DNA from: Candidatus Marinacidobacterium sp.
GTDB taxonomy: Bacteria; Acidobacteriota; Vicinamibacteria; Marinacidobacterales; Marinacidobacteraceae
Direction of reading: 5' to 3'
Assembly: GCA_965220965.1 (NCBI GenBank)
Contig: OZ244852.1
Location: 2,208,001 to 2,272,000 of the forward strand
DNA: 64,000 nt
In this document: one piece after another, positions 38,466 through 47,474 of the stretch
How positions within the stretch are numbered: position 1 is the stretch's first letter
Layout: the number at the start of each line of letters is the position of its first letter
Notes under the pieces: model-generated
Databases searched by the model: none
What the model was told of the DNA's origin: nothing
Seen by the model: only the letters and a program-made list of their open reading frames with translations
Made by a program: the position numbers and the translations under genes

Positions 38466-40070
38466 CTACTCCCAGTCGCTGGAGTCGAGGAAGCAGCCGC
38501 TGTCGTATTCGGTTCCGGGGCGGAACCAGAGCGGAACGCACCAGGGCTCGAAGGCGGCGATCCTCCCGCCGGTGACGCTGACCTCGTAGCTCCCGTCTCC
38601 GTTCCGGGAAACGGAGACCGTCACGCCCCCGCCGATGTCGCGCGACGCTCCGTCGGAAAGCAGCGATTCGTCGTCGCGGCCCCAACCGACGTCGGTGAGG
38701 TAGTCCGGGTTGTCCGCGTTGTAGAGGGCCGGGCCCAGCCGCGCCGACGTGCCGGTTCCGGACGTCTGGTCAAAGCGGGAAACGAGCACCCCCTCGTAGC
38801 GGAGCGCCCGGCGACGACCGGGGGCGGTTGGATCGAAGGTCAGCTTCTCCGTCAGGCGGTGGGCGGGCCCGATCTCGTCGAGCACCTCGAGGGTGGTGAA
38901 GGCGTGGCGACGACCCGAGTGCACGACGAGGAACTGGTTGCCGGAGTAACCCGGCCGGGCCAGGGTGTAGACCCCGTTCTCCTCGAGGTGCAGGGCGACC
39001 TCCTCGGGCGGGATCCAGCCCGCGGAGTAGCGGTTGATCGCCATCGTGGAGGGAATCCCGCCGGGGTCCCACCCGACGTAGAGCGTCTCCGACATGATGT
39101 CGTAGAGGTTCGAGTAGGGGTTCGGCTGCTCGAGCTCCCGACCCGGGTAGGGCCGCCAGGGGAGCTCGGGGAAGGAATGCGCCCATTCCATCCAGCCGTG
39201 GCCGATCTCGTGAACGATCGTCGCCATGCGCCGCTGCTCGAGACTGGCGAGGCCGAAGTGGGCCCAGCCGTTGATCCCCACGCCGCCGGTGAAGGAGTTG
39301 ACGTCGCTGAGGAGGATCCGGTTCAGCCCGCCGGGCGCCCCGTTCCGGCACTCCTCGAGGCAGGCGCCTACGAGTTGCTGCTGGTGGGTCTCCGCAGTCG
39401 CCGAACTGCCATCGCCGGGGACGGTGAACTCCTCTCCCTCGACGAACGTGATGCGGAACTGACCCCCCGAGAGGCGGCGGTAGTAGGCGGTGACGTGCCG
39501 GTTCAGCAGGGTGACGGCCTCGGAGAGGCTCATGTCGACCCGCTTCCGGTCGTCCTCGACCCACCCGCCGGCGTTCACCGGAACGCGGGCCACGTCCACG
39601 GTGATCTCGAGGTTGTTCTTCGTGTAGTAGGTCGGATCCGCCGGGGGATCCGGCAGAAAACCGTCGGGATCCTTGTTGGACGCCGTGCAGCCGCCGAACT
39701 TCATGTAGCGGTACCGGAGGTAGATGCCGTTACCGAAGAAGCGGATCAGCGAGAGGGGATCCGAGCCCCCGAGATCGGGAAGCCCGGCTGCGGCCCAGGG
39801 CGAGTCCTCGTTCGCCTCCTCCCGGCACGAATAGGGGGCTGACTCCCTCCACCAGGGCTCGGCCGGCAGATCGTTCCAGTGGGCGAAGCGGTCGATTTCC
39901 GGCGGGGGCTCCGGTTCGGGTTCGGGCGTCGGCGCCGGCGCCGGGGCCGGCGTCGGCGCGACCGGGGCCGCCGGCTCGGAGCCTCCCCCGTCGCCGCAGC
40001 CGGGAGCCAGCAGCGCAAGGACCAGACCGAGCCCGATGCCGCGGGCCTTCCAGGCGAGAGGGGGATTCAC
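38466..40070 (-). CDS. Lipoprotein zinc metallopeptidase (M6/M11-like HExxH)
   Basis: Lipobox LAPGC, Pro/Ala/Glu linker, TIVHEIGHGWMEWAH, Met-turn-like YDIMS, SAGWIP. GTG start inferred. Confidence 0.72.
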   Translation of the reverse strand: MNPPLAWKARGIGLGLVLALLAPGCGDGGGSEPAAPVAPTPAPAPAPTPEPEPEPPPEIDRFAHWNDLPAEPWWRESAPYSCREEANEDSPWAAAGLPDLGGSDPLSLIRFFGNGIYLRYRYMKFGGCTASNKDPDGFLPDPPADPTYYTKNNLEITVDVARVPVNAGGWVEDDRKRVDMSLSEAVTLLNRHVTAYYRRLSGGQFRITFVEGEEFTVPGDGSSATAETHQQQLVGACLEECRNGAPGGLNRILLSDVNSFTGGVGINGWAHFGLASLEQRRMATIVHEIGHGWMEWAHSFPELPWRPYPGRELEQPNPYSNLYDIMSETLYVGWDPGGIPSTMAINRYSAGWIPPEEVALHLEENGVYTLARPGYSGNQFLVVHSGRRHAFTTLEVLDEIGPAHRLTEKLTFDPTAPGRRRALRYEGVLVSRFDQTSGTGTSARLGPALYNADNPDYLTDVGWGRDDESLLSDGASRDIGGGVTVSVSRNGDGSYEVSVTGGRIAAFEPWCVPLWFRPGTEYDSGCFLDSSDWE

Positions 40071-40158
40071 GAGGATGGGCGGCTCTCCGGCGGATGGCCC
40101 TGATGCGAGCGGCGACAGTCTACGGGAAGCGTTCCCGCGCCCGGATATCCTCCGACTG

Positions 40159-40698
40159 GTGCGGACACAGCGAGTTGCCGGCGGAGTCCTCGCCGCCCTG
40201 CTCATGGCGAGCGCCACCGGCGCGGCCCAGGACGAGCCTCCCGGCGCGCGGGCGGTGGTCGAGGAGTGGTTCCGCCTCGCCAGCGAGCTGGATGACAGCG
40301 AGGAGAGCCGGGCGGCCTTCGTGGCGCTCTACCGGGAGGACGCGCTTCACATCCAGGGTCCGGCGGGAGACAACCAGCGCGGGACGACGACCTTCTGGGG
40401 TCGCGACAAGGTGCGGCTGCTCGTGGAGCGGCTGGCCTCGGAGTGGCAAGACGCCAGCGTGCGGGCCGATGTCGCCACCGCGCAGGAAGTGTCCGAGACC
40501 GTCTGGCCGGAAGCTCCGGGGCCCTGGGGCGGATCGCTGGTGGCGGCCCAGTTCACGGTGGCCGGGACCCGGCGGGACGACGGCGTCCGCTGGTTCATTC
40601 CCGGAGCGGCCTTCTTCCGGGTCCGGGACGGGCGGCTCCTGCGGGTGCGGATCTACCTGGGGCTGGGGGAGGCGGCGGAGGTCGAGACCGGGCAGTGA
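40159..40698 (+). CDS. Secreted SnoaL/NTF2-like fold protein
   Basis: Signal peptide, VVEEWF, FVALYREDA, GAAFFRVRDGRLLRVRIY. Start uncertain. Confidence 0.65.
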   Translation: MRTQRVAGGVLAALLMASATGAAQDEPPGARAVVEEWFRLASELDDSEESRAAFVALYREDALHIQGPAGDNQRGTTTFWGRDKVRLLVERLASEWQDASVRADVATAQEVSETVWPEAPGPWGGSLVAAQFTVAGTRRDDGVRWFIPGAAFFRVRDGRLLRVRIYLGLGEAAEVETGQ

Positions 40699-42347
40699 AC
40701 CGGAGGCGAACCCTGACGCTTCTGCTGCTGGGCGGCCTGGCGGCGCCGGGATGCGGCCCCGGGGAGCCGGCGGATCTGCTGTTTCATTCGGGCGTTGTCC
40801 TGACCCTCGACGACGCGGGAACCGAGGGCAGCGCGCTCGCGGTCCGCGACGGGCGGGTCGTGGCCACCGGCGGTGACGAACTGCGGGTCCGGTTCGATGC
40901 GGCGCGCATCGTGGACCTCGCGGGACGGACCCTCATGCCGGGCTTCAACGACGCCCACATCCACATCCGGGGCCGCGCCCGCCGGCACATCGAGCTGGGG
41001 GGCGTGGATTCGCTGGAGGCGATCCAGGAACTGGTGGCTGCCCGGGCGGAGGAACTCGGGGCGGGCGAGTGGATCACCGGATACGGCTGGTCCGAAGACG
41101 AACTGCGGGAGGGAAGGCGCCCGCTCCGCGGTGACCTGGACGCCGCCGCCCCGGACAATCCGGTGATCCTCACCCGCGCCGGCGGGCACAGCGCGGTGGC
41201 GTCGAGCCTGGCGCTCGAACTCGCCGGGGTGGACCGCGACACGCCGCAGCCCGATGGAGGCGTCATCGAGCGCGACGAGGACGGCCAACTGAACGGAGTC
41301 ATCCGGGAGCGTCAGGACCTCGTCTCCCGGCTCGTTCCCGATGCAACCGCCGAAGAGCTGCGGACCAGCTTCGTGGCGGCGCTTCGGGACCTGCTCCGGC
41401 TGGGCATCACGAGCATCCTCCACGCGGGGGTGTCGCCGGAGGGGTACTCCGAGTGGGAGAAGGTCTACGCCGCGCACGGCGTGGAGTTGCCGCGCGCCGC
41501 GGTCCAGATCCGCTGGGCTGGAGCCGACGCGATGGAGCAATTCGGACGGATGAGCGGCGACGGAGACGAGCGGCTCCGGGTGGGCCCGCTCAAGGTGTTC
41601 GTGGACGGCGGTTTCACCGGCCCGGCGGCGTTCACCCGCGAGCCCTACCGTGGTGAGGATTCCTACCGGGGGAGCCTCGTGCGGCCGGAGGAGGAGTTCC
41701 GGGCGATCGTCGACGCCGCCCACGGCATGGGGTGGCAGTTCGCCTTCCACGCCATCGGGGACGCCGCGATCGAGCTCGCGGTGGACGCCTTCGCCGACGC
41801 GCTCGCGGCGCGTCCCCGCGAAGACCACCGGCACGCGCTGAACCACTTCACGGTTCCCCCATCGTGGGAAACGGTGGACCGGATGGCGGATCTGGGCATC
41901 CTGGTCATCCAGCAGCCCAACTTCACCTACACGCTCGAGGGGCGGTACCGCGAGCACCTCGACGGTGACCGGCTGGAGCGGAACAACCCGGTTCGGTCGC
42001 TCACGGACCGCGGCGTCTTCGTCGCGCTCTCGAGCGACATCCTCCCGATCGGGCCGATGGTCGGGGTCTACGCCGCCGCGACCCGCAGGGGAATGTCCGG
42101 CGAGGTCTACGGCGCACCGGAGGCCATAACGGTCGAGGAGGCGCTCCGGGCCTACACCCGGGGCGGCGCCTTCGTGACCCGGGAGGAGGACTTCAAGGGA
42201 ACGCTCGAACCGGGCATGGTGGCCGACCTCATCGTTCTGAACGCCGACCCGAGGGCGGTGGATCCGGAGGATCTCATGGACATCGAGGTCGAGTTGACCA
42301 TCGTCGGCGGCCGGGTGGTCTACGAGGCCGGGATCTTTCCGCCGTAG
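40695..42347 (+). CDS. YtcJ-like metal-dependent amidohydrolase (lipoprotein)
   Basis: PGFNDAHIH, KVFVDGG, FHAIGDAA, LSSD, KGTLEPGMVADLIVL. GTGA overlap. Confidence 0.92.
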   Translation: MNRRRTLTLLLLGGLAAPGCGPGEPADLLFHSGVVLTLDDAGTEGSALAVRDGRVVATGGDELRVRFDAARIVDLAGRTLMPGFNDAHIHIRGRARRHIELGGVDSLEAIQELVAARAEELGAGEWITGYGWSEDELREGRRPLRGDLDAAAPDNPVILTRAGGHSAVASSLALELAGVDRDTPQPDGGVIERDEDGQLNGVIRERQDLVSRLVPDATAEELRTSFVAALRDLLRLGITSILHAGVSPEGYSEWEKVYAAHGVELPRAAVQIRWAGADAMEQFGRMSGDGDERLRVGPLKVFVDGGFTGPAAFTREPYRGEDSYRGSLVRPEEEFRAIVDAAHGMGWQFAFHAIGDAAIELAVDAFADALAARPREDHRHALNHFTVPPSWETVDRMADLGILVIQQPNFTYTLEGRYREHLDGDRLERNNPVRSLTDRGVFVALSSDILPIGPMVGVYAAATRRGMSGEVYGAPEAITVEEALRAYTRGGAFVTREEDFKGTLEPGMVADLIVLNADPRAVDPEDLMDIEVELTIVGGRVVYEAGIFPP

Positions 42348-42372
42348 GTCGTCGTCGCCCCGGCCTCTTGGG

Positions 42373-42981
42373 TCAATCCTCGGAACGAGCGGAAGCCTCC
42401 GTCGCCCGGGGATCACGAGGCCGAGGGGCAGCCGTCCGGCGCATCGCCTCTTCGTAGAGCTCCTCGCGGGTCAGGTTCTCCCGGGAGCGAAGTCCCACGC
42501 CGCGCTCGTCGAAGTCCGCCAGCACCGCGTTCAGGTCGCGACGGGAAGCGGACGCCGGCCGGGCGCCCTCCGATACACCGGTCCCCGCGCTCGCGCCGAC
42601 GCGGGCGTCATCCGCCGCACGGGACGCGGGCGGCGCCACCGAGTCCGCGACCCAGTCGAGGTAGGCGGCGGAGCCGGCGCCGGCCTCGAAGGCCAGGAAC
42701 TCCGGCGTGTCGTAGGGATGGAGTTCCAGGAGGCGCGTCTCGAGCGCGGAGAGCGCGTCGGCCGTCGTCTTCAGCAGCAGCAGGACCTCGGAGTCCTGGT
42801 GGATCCGACCTTGCCAGCGGTAGACCGAAAGGAGTCCGGGAACGATGTTGGCGCAGGCCGCAAGGCGCTCTTCCAACAGCGCGGCGGCGATGCGGCGGGC
42901 CTCGGCGGCGCCGGGCGCGGTCGTGAGCGCCAGCCAGACCGGTCGGGAGGAGGGGTCCGGCGAGGCCGAAACGCTGGCCAT
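42373..42981 (-). CDS. cutA: Divalent-cation tolerance protein CutA with C-terminal extension
   Basis: LLEERLAACANI, SVYRWQG, LLKTT, HPYDTPEF, YLDWV, followed by about 85 extra residues. Confidence 0.88.
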   Translation of the reverse strand: MASVSASPDPSSRPVWLALTTAPGAAEARRIAAALLEERLAACANIVPGLLSVYRWQGRIHQDSEVLLLLKTTADALSALETRLLELHPYDTPEFLAFEAGAGSAAYLDWVADSVAPPASRAADDARVGASAGTGVSEGARPASASRRDLNAVLADFDERGVGLRSRENLTREELYEEAMRRTAAPRPRDPRATEASARSED

Positions 42982-43613
42982 CAGGCCTCCCCGGCCACCT
43001 CGGAGGCGAGCGCCTCCGCCAGCGCAAACGCGGCGCGAGCCGCCCGGGCTGCGACCTGCGGCTGATCGAGTCCGGCGCCCACCCGATCGATCTCCGAGCG
43101 GGTGCGGCGCCAGGTCTCCCGCTGGTCGTCTCCGTAGGGGTCGAAGTAGTCCAGGTGATCCGCCAGTTCGGGACGGGTCGCCGTCAGCGCGCGCCGGATG
43201 AACCGGTTCCCGTTCATCGAACCCTCGATGACGTAGAAGACCCCGAGGCTCGCCTCCGCTGGCCAGGAGGCGCCGCCCAGGCGGTCGGTGAACTCGCGGA
43301 CCGCCGCTGACGGCGGCGGGTCGGGTTCCCCGTTCCGGAGCCCCACGAGGTCGGACTCGAGACGGGTGGCGTGAGCGTTCAGCGCCTCGGCGAACGGACG
43401 GCCCGCAGCTCCGAGCGAACCGAGGCGTGATGCGACCGCGCGGATCAGTTCGAGCTGGCCCGCCTGGTGGCGGAGGAGCGCGGATCGGGAGACGGTCCCC
43501 CGGACGAGCGATTGCTGGAAGGAGTGGCTCTCCGCCGCGCGGTGGGCCTCGGCGGTTTCCGCCTTCAGAACGTCGGCGAGGCCGGAAGCGGCGGCGCCAT
43601 TGGTCGCGGACAT
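42981..43613 (-). CDS. Biliverdin-producing heme oxygenase (HemO/BphO-like)
   Basis: LKAETAEAHRAAE (proximal His), FYVIEGSMNGNRFI (GxxxG kink), YFDPYG....TW. Confidence 0.85.
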   Translation of the reverse strand: MSATNGAAASGLADVLKAETAEAHRAAESHSFQQSLVRGTVSRSALLRHQAGQLELIRAVASRLGSLGAAGRPFAEALNAHATRLESDLVGLRNGEPDPPPSAAVREFTDRLGGASWPAEASLGVFYVIEGSMNGNRFIRRALTATRPELADHLDYFDPYGDDQRETWRRTRSEIDRVGAGLDQPQVAARAARAAFALAEALASEVAGEA

Positions 43614-43620
43614 GAGCCGA

Positions 43621-43773
43621 TCAGGAAACTCTCCACGCGGCCCACGCGGCGGCGGCGAACACCGCGAGCCAGACGAGCCCCTTGATGAAGAAGAAGAGGA
43701 AGGCGGCCCCGGCCAGCCGCTTCGCCAGCGGCGACTTCATGAGGCGGGAGCGCAAAGTGGAACCGGTTTTCAT
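43621..43773 (-). CDS. Small membrane protein with FFFIKGLVWL motif
   Basis: About 40-50 aa, KRLAGAAFLFFFIKGLVWLAVFAAAAW. Ends 7 nt before the heme oxygenase start. TATGCT upstream. Confidence 0.65.
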   Translation of the reverse strand: MKTGSTLRSRLMKSPLAKRLAGAAFLFFFIKGLVWLAVFAAAAWAAWRVS

Positions 43774-43829
43774 CTTCGGGGAGGAAGCATAGCCGGGGGC
43801 GAGGAACCAGACCCGGCGAGCGCGCCCCG

Positions 43830-45392
43830 TCAGCGGCCGGCGGCGGCGAGCCGGCGGAAGCGCGTGGCGCCGATGGCCAGCGTCGCCGGGCGTCCCCGGG
43901 AGTCGAGGTGGAACGTGACGAGAGCCTCGCCGCGCCAGCGCGCGTCCCACCGGACCTCGAAGGTGTCGAAGTTCCAGTGGGTCAGGGGTCCCTGGAGGCC
44001 AGGCCCGAGCGCCAGCCGGAGGCCGCCCTCGCCGGAGGTCACGGTCACCTTCCCTCCGATCGGATGGTCGTAGGTTCCGGCGTAGGACGCGGGATCAAGA
44101 CTCGGCCTGGTTCCCTCCACGCGGCCGGCGCGCAGCCGCTCGACGGCTTCGCGCTGCGCGGCGGCGAGCCCGTCGTAGAGCGCGAGCAGCTCGGCGCTCC
44201 AGTCACGGGGAGCCGATTCCGCCTCCAGGCCGAGGAGCGCGTCGAAGGCCGCGAACAGGAGCGCGTGACGCACCTCGACGTGGTCGCGGTTGCCCAGAAC
44301 GTAGACCCCGATGCCGCGGTCCCGGATCAGACCGGCGATGGCGACCATCCCGTCGATGCTCCCGGTGTGGAAGTCCACCGCCTGCCCCCGGTAGTCCTGC
44401 TGGAACCAGCCGAGCCCGTAGGTGACCCATTTGGGTCGGGTGACGCCCGCGGTGGGATAGAACCCGGCCCGGTCGACCAGCGCCTGGGGCCGGAACATCT
44501 CCTCGACGACCGCCTCGCTCAGAATTCGGGTTCCGTCGGCCGCCACCCCGCCAGCCAGCAGCATGCGCAGCCAGCGGGACATCTCGTCCACGGAACTCCA
44601 CACCGAGCCGGCGGCCGCCACCGCGTCGACCGACGCGTTGTCGATGACCACCGTCTCGCCGTCCACCACGTGGTGGGGCGAGGCTACGTTCGTCCGGGTC
44701 CGGGTCAGCGAGAGAAGTGGAACCGTGCGGTCCATGCCCAGCGGTCGGAGGAGCCGGGTCGCAACAAAGTCATGCCACGGCATCCCGGACACCCGGCGCA
44801 CGACTTCCCCCGCCGTGGCGTACATCACGTTCTGGTAGATGTAGCCGGAACGCATCGAGTAGGCCGGCTCGACATCGCGCAGGCGGGACAGCATCTCGTC
44901 CATGTCGGGTTCGCGGCCGTACCAGAAGACATCGGTGTTCGGGAGCCCGCCCCGGTGGGTCAGCAGATCGCGGACCGTCATCTCCCCGCTGACCCAGGGG
45001 TCCTTCACCTCGAATTCGGGAATGTGCCGACGGACGGGATCGTCCCAGTCCAGCCGTCCCTCATCCACCAGGATCCCGATGGCGGCGGCGGTCATGGCCT
45101 TCGTCGTGGAACCGACGGCAAACAGGGTGTGCTCGTCCACCCGCTCCGGCCGTCCCAGCTCGAGCACGCCGTAACCCCGGGCGAACCGGAGCTGGTCGCC
45201 CTCCACCACCGCGACAGCGAGTCCGGTGGCGTTCCAGTCGACCGCCGCCCGCTCGACGAGCGCGTGGAAGGCCTCCGGATCGAACTCCGCCGGCAGCGCG
45301 ACCGCCGGGTGGGCGAGCGCAGCGACGACGACCGCCGCGGCCGGGCGCCCGCAGGGCCGACGGCGCGGCGGGGCGACCGAAGCGGTTCTCAT
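43830..45392 (-). CDS. Serine hydrolase (beta-lactamase family) + DUF3471-like C-domain
   Basis: FAVGSTTK (SxxK), LLTHRGG, YQN, HTGSIDG, YAGTY.HP..G. Strong RBS GGAGGA. Confidence 0.92.
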   Translation of the reverse strand: MRTASVAPPRRRPCGRPAAAVVVAALAHPAVALPAEFDPEAFHALVERAAVDWNATGLAVAVVEGDQLRFARGYGVLELGRPERVDEHTLFAVGSTTKAMTAAAIGILVDEGRLDWDDPVRRHIPEFEVKDPWVSGEMTVRDLLTHRGGLPNTDVFWYGREPDMDEMLSRLRDVEPAYSMRSGYIYQNVMYATAGEVVRRVSGMPWHDFVATRLLRPLGMDRTVPLLSLTRTRTNVASPHHVVDGETVVIDNASVDAVAAAGSVWSSVDEMSRWLRMLLAGGVAADGTRILSEAVVEEMFRPQALVDRAGFYPTAGVTRPKWVTYGLGWFQQDYRGQAVDFHTGSIDGMVAIAGLIRDRGIGVYVLGNRDHVEVRHALLFAAFDALLGLEAESAPRDWSAELLALYDGLAAAQREAVERLRAGRVEGTRPSLDPASYAGTYDHPIGGKVTVTSGEGGLRLALGPGLQGPLTHWNFDTFEVRWDARWRGEALVTFHLDSRGRPATLAIGATRFRRLAAAGR

Positions 45393-45432
45393 GGCGTCTC
45401 CTCCCACGCTCGCGGGGCTGTGGACCGCCCGA

Positions 45433-46341
45433 TCAGCGCTCGCAACCCGGCTCGCCGGGGATGAGCGGCCGCGCGATCAACTGGTAGAGGCTCCCCTCGT
45501 ATTCCCAGCGGACTCCGTGGTTCGCGCCGGCGAAGACCTCGAGAAGGTTCCCGGCGACGGCCCCCTCGTAGATGCGGCACTCGAAACCTGCGGTTGCGGG
45601 GGGAGGATCGGGAAGCGGCCAGGGCCGCTCGGTGAGCACCGAGGGGTCGAAGATCTCACCGGAACCGGCGTAGACCTGCAGCCGGTCCCCCGTCCACTCC
45701 ACGGACCCGGCGGCGACCCCCTTCCCGTCAAGGTGATCGATGAGGTTGCGGATCAGCGTCACCCGGGGATCGCGATGGAACTCGGAGTGGTAGGCGTCGA
45801 TCGTCAGCACATGGGTTCCGCTGCGGTCGGTGAACACCACGTCCAGCGCCGGGGCGTCGGCGAGAACCGGGCGGTCCGACGGCTGTTCGATCCGCTCCTC
45901 GTCCAGCTCGTGAAGGCCGATCTCCTGAATCAGTTCGAGCACCGCGTCGAAGTCGTCGCCGTGGATCTCCGCAAGCTGGATCGATGGCAGCAGGGGTCCG
46001 GGATAGATCGCGATGACCGGCCCCTCGGACCACAGATTCCCCGCGCCGGAGAGCGCGTAGAGCGGCGGCTGGCCGAGGGCGTACTCGATGGGCGTGAAAC
46101 TGGGGCCCTCCCACAGGACGAGGAACAGCGCGTCCGGGTCCGTCGGCAGATCGAGGCCCGGCTCCGGATCGGGCGGCGGAGCCGTCGGGGGCGTCACCGG
46201 CGCCGTCGGCGTCACCGGATCGGCGTCGTCGCCGCACCCGAATGTCAGGAGCCCGACGCACAGGATCGCAGGCGGCCAGCCAAACCGGCCGAACCGAGCG
46301 GGAAGGGACAGGAAACGGGGCGTCAGGTGCGAGGTCATCAT
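45433..46341 (-). CDS. Hypothetical lipoprotein
   Basis: Lipobox LLTFGC, Pro/Thr linker, GPVIAIYPGPLLP, ends RPLIPGEPGC. ATGA overlap with the VIT1 gene. Confidence 0.68.
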   Translation of the reverse strand: MMTSHLTPRFLSLPARFGRFGWPPAILCVGLLTFGCGDDADPVTPTAPVTPPTAPPPDPEPGLDLPTDPDALFLVLWEGPSFTPIEYALGQPPLYALSGAGNLWSEGPVIAIYPGPLLPSIQLAEIHGDDFDAVLELIQEIGLHELDEERIEQPSDRPVLADAPALDVVFTDRSGTHVLTIDAYHSEFHRDPRVTLIRNLIDHLDGKGVAAGSVEWTGDRLQVYAGSGEIFDPSVLTERPWPLPDPPPATAGFECRIYEGAVAGNLLEVFAGANHGVRWEYEGSLYQLIARPLIPGEPGCER

Positions 46342-47435
46342 GGCGAAATGGCCCCGGACAGGAAACGCGCCAGCGCGAAGAGCGCGAGGCCGAGACCTGC
46401 TCCGACGCCAGCAAGCCGAAGGCCGCTCATCCAGGCGCTCCGACCGGTGAACAGGCTGGTCGCCGCGCCGGCCGCGAACAGGGCGACGACCGAGAGGATC
46501 GCCGAACCGAGGAACGCGCCGCCAGTTTCCGGGGAGGCCGAAGACAGCCCGAGCAGGCCGACGAGCGGGATGGCCGCCCCGGCGCCAAAGCTCAGGAACG
46601 ACGCTGCGCCGGAGGCCCACGGAGAGCCCAGGTCGTCGGGGTTCAGCCCGAGTTCCTCCCGGGAGAGGATGTCGAGAGCGCGCTTCGGATCCTGAATCAG
46701 GCGGTGGCCCAGCTTCCGGGCCTCGTCTCTGGGCACGCCGCGGGCCTCGAAGATCAGCGCCAGCTCCTCGGCTTCGTCCTCGGGGTAGAGGCGGAGCTCT
46801 TCCTCCTCGAGCGCGATCTGGCGTTCGAAGAGCTCGATCCGGGACCGCGTCCCGAGGTACTCCCCGGCGCCCATGGACACCGCGCCGGCGAGCATGCCAG
46901 CGGATCCGACGAGCAGCGCGGTCGCCGGGTCGCCGCCGAACCCGCCCACCGCCAGAACGAGCGCGGTGTTCGACACGAGGCCGTCGTTCACTCCGAAGAC
47001 GGCGGCGTGGAGCGCCACCGTGCCCCGCGCGTAGAGGTGGCGCTGCTCCTCCTCCAGACGATGACGGTCGGTGGGCTCGGGATCTTCCGCATCGATCCGG
47101 CTCAGGGCCTCGAGGCTCGAAGGGGCGGCCCGGTAAACCGAGAGTCCCCGCACCTTGAGCGCCGCGAGCGCCGGCAGCAGCGAGCGCGGACCGAGCCGGC
47201 GGAGCAGGAAGCCCACGAGCCGAACCCGGGGCGTCGCGCGGTAGGGGCCGGGGGCCGGCTCCCCGGCCTTTTCGATCTCCTTTTCCCAGGCGCGTCCCTG
47301 CTCGAGGGCGTCCTCGCCGAGCGCCTCGAAGAGACGGCGGTTCGCCCCGGTCTCGATCGTGGCCAGAACGCGGTAGAGCCAGGCCGCCTGGACCTCGCTC
47401 TCCCAACTGTCCCGCAGGGAGGTCGGCTTCGCCAT
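46338..47435 (-). CDS. VIT1/CCC1 iron transporter with N-terminal ferritin/rubrerythrin-like domain
   Basis: ESEVQAAWLY N-domain, AAVFGVNDGLVSN, AGAVSMGAGEY, REELGLNPDDLGSPW. Confidence 0.9.
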   Translation of the reverse strand: MAKPTSLRDSWESEVQAAWLYRVLATIETGANRRLFEALGEDALEQGRAWEKEIEKAGEPAPGPYRATPRVRLVGFLLRRLGPRSLLPALAALKVRGLSVYRAAPSSLEALSRIDAEDPEPTDRHRLEEEQRHLYARGTVALHAAVFGVNDGLVSNTALVLAVGGFGGDPATALLVGSAGMLAGAVSMGAGEYLGTRSRIELFERQIALEEEELRLYPEDEAEELALIFEARGVPRDEARKLGHRLIQDPKRALDILSREELGLNPDDLGSPWASGAASFLSFGAGAAIPLVGLLGLSSASPETGGAFLGSAILSVVALFAAGAATSLFTGRSAWMSGLRLAGVGAGLGLALFALARFLSGAISP

Positions 47436-47474
47436 GTCCTGACCGCGCATTCTGTCGCAGCGCGGCGGAAGCGG

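Noticed and set aside
39900-39985. Short repeats in Pro/Ala/Glu-rich tracts (also about 46180-46220)
   Set aside because: They encode low-complexity lipoprotein linkers (PAPAPTPEPEPEP, PVTPTAPVTPPT) and are not independent DNA elements.
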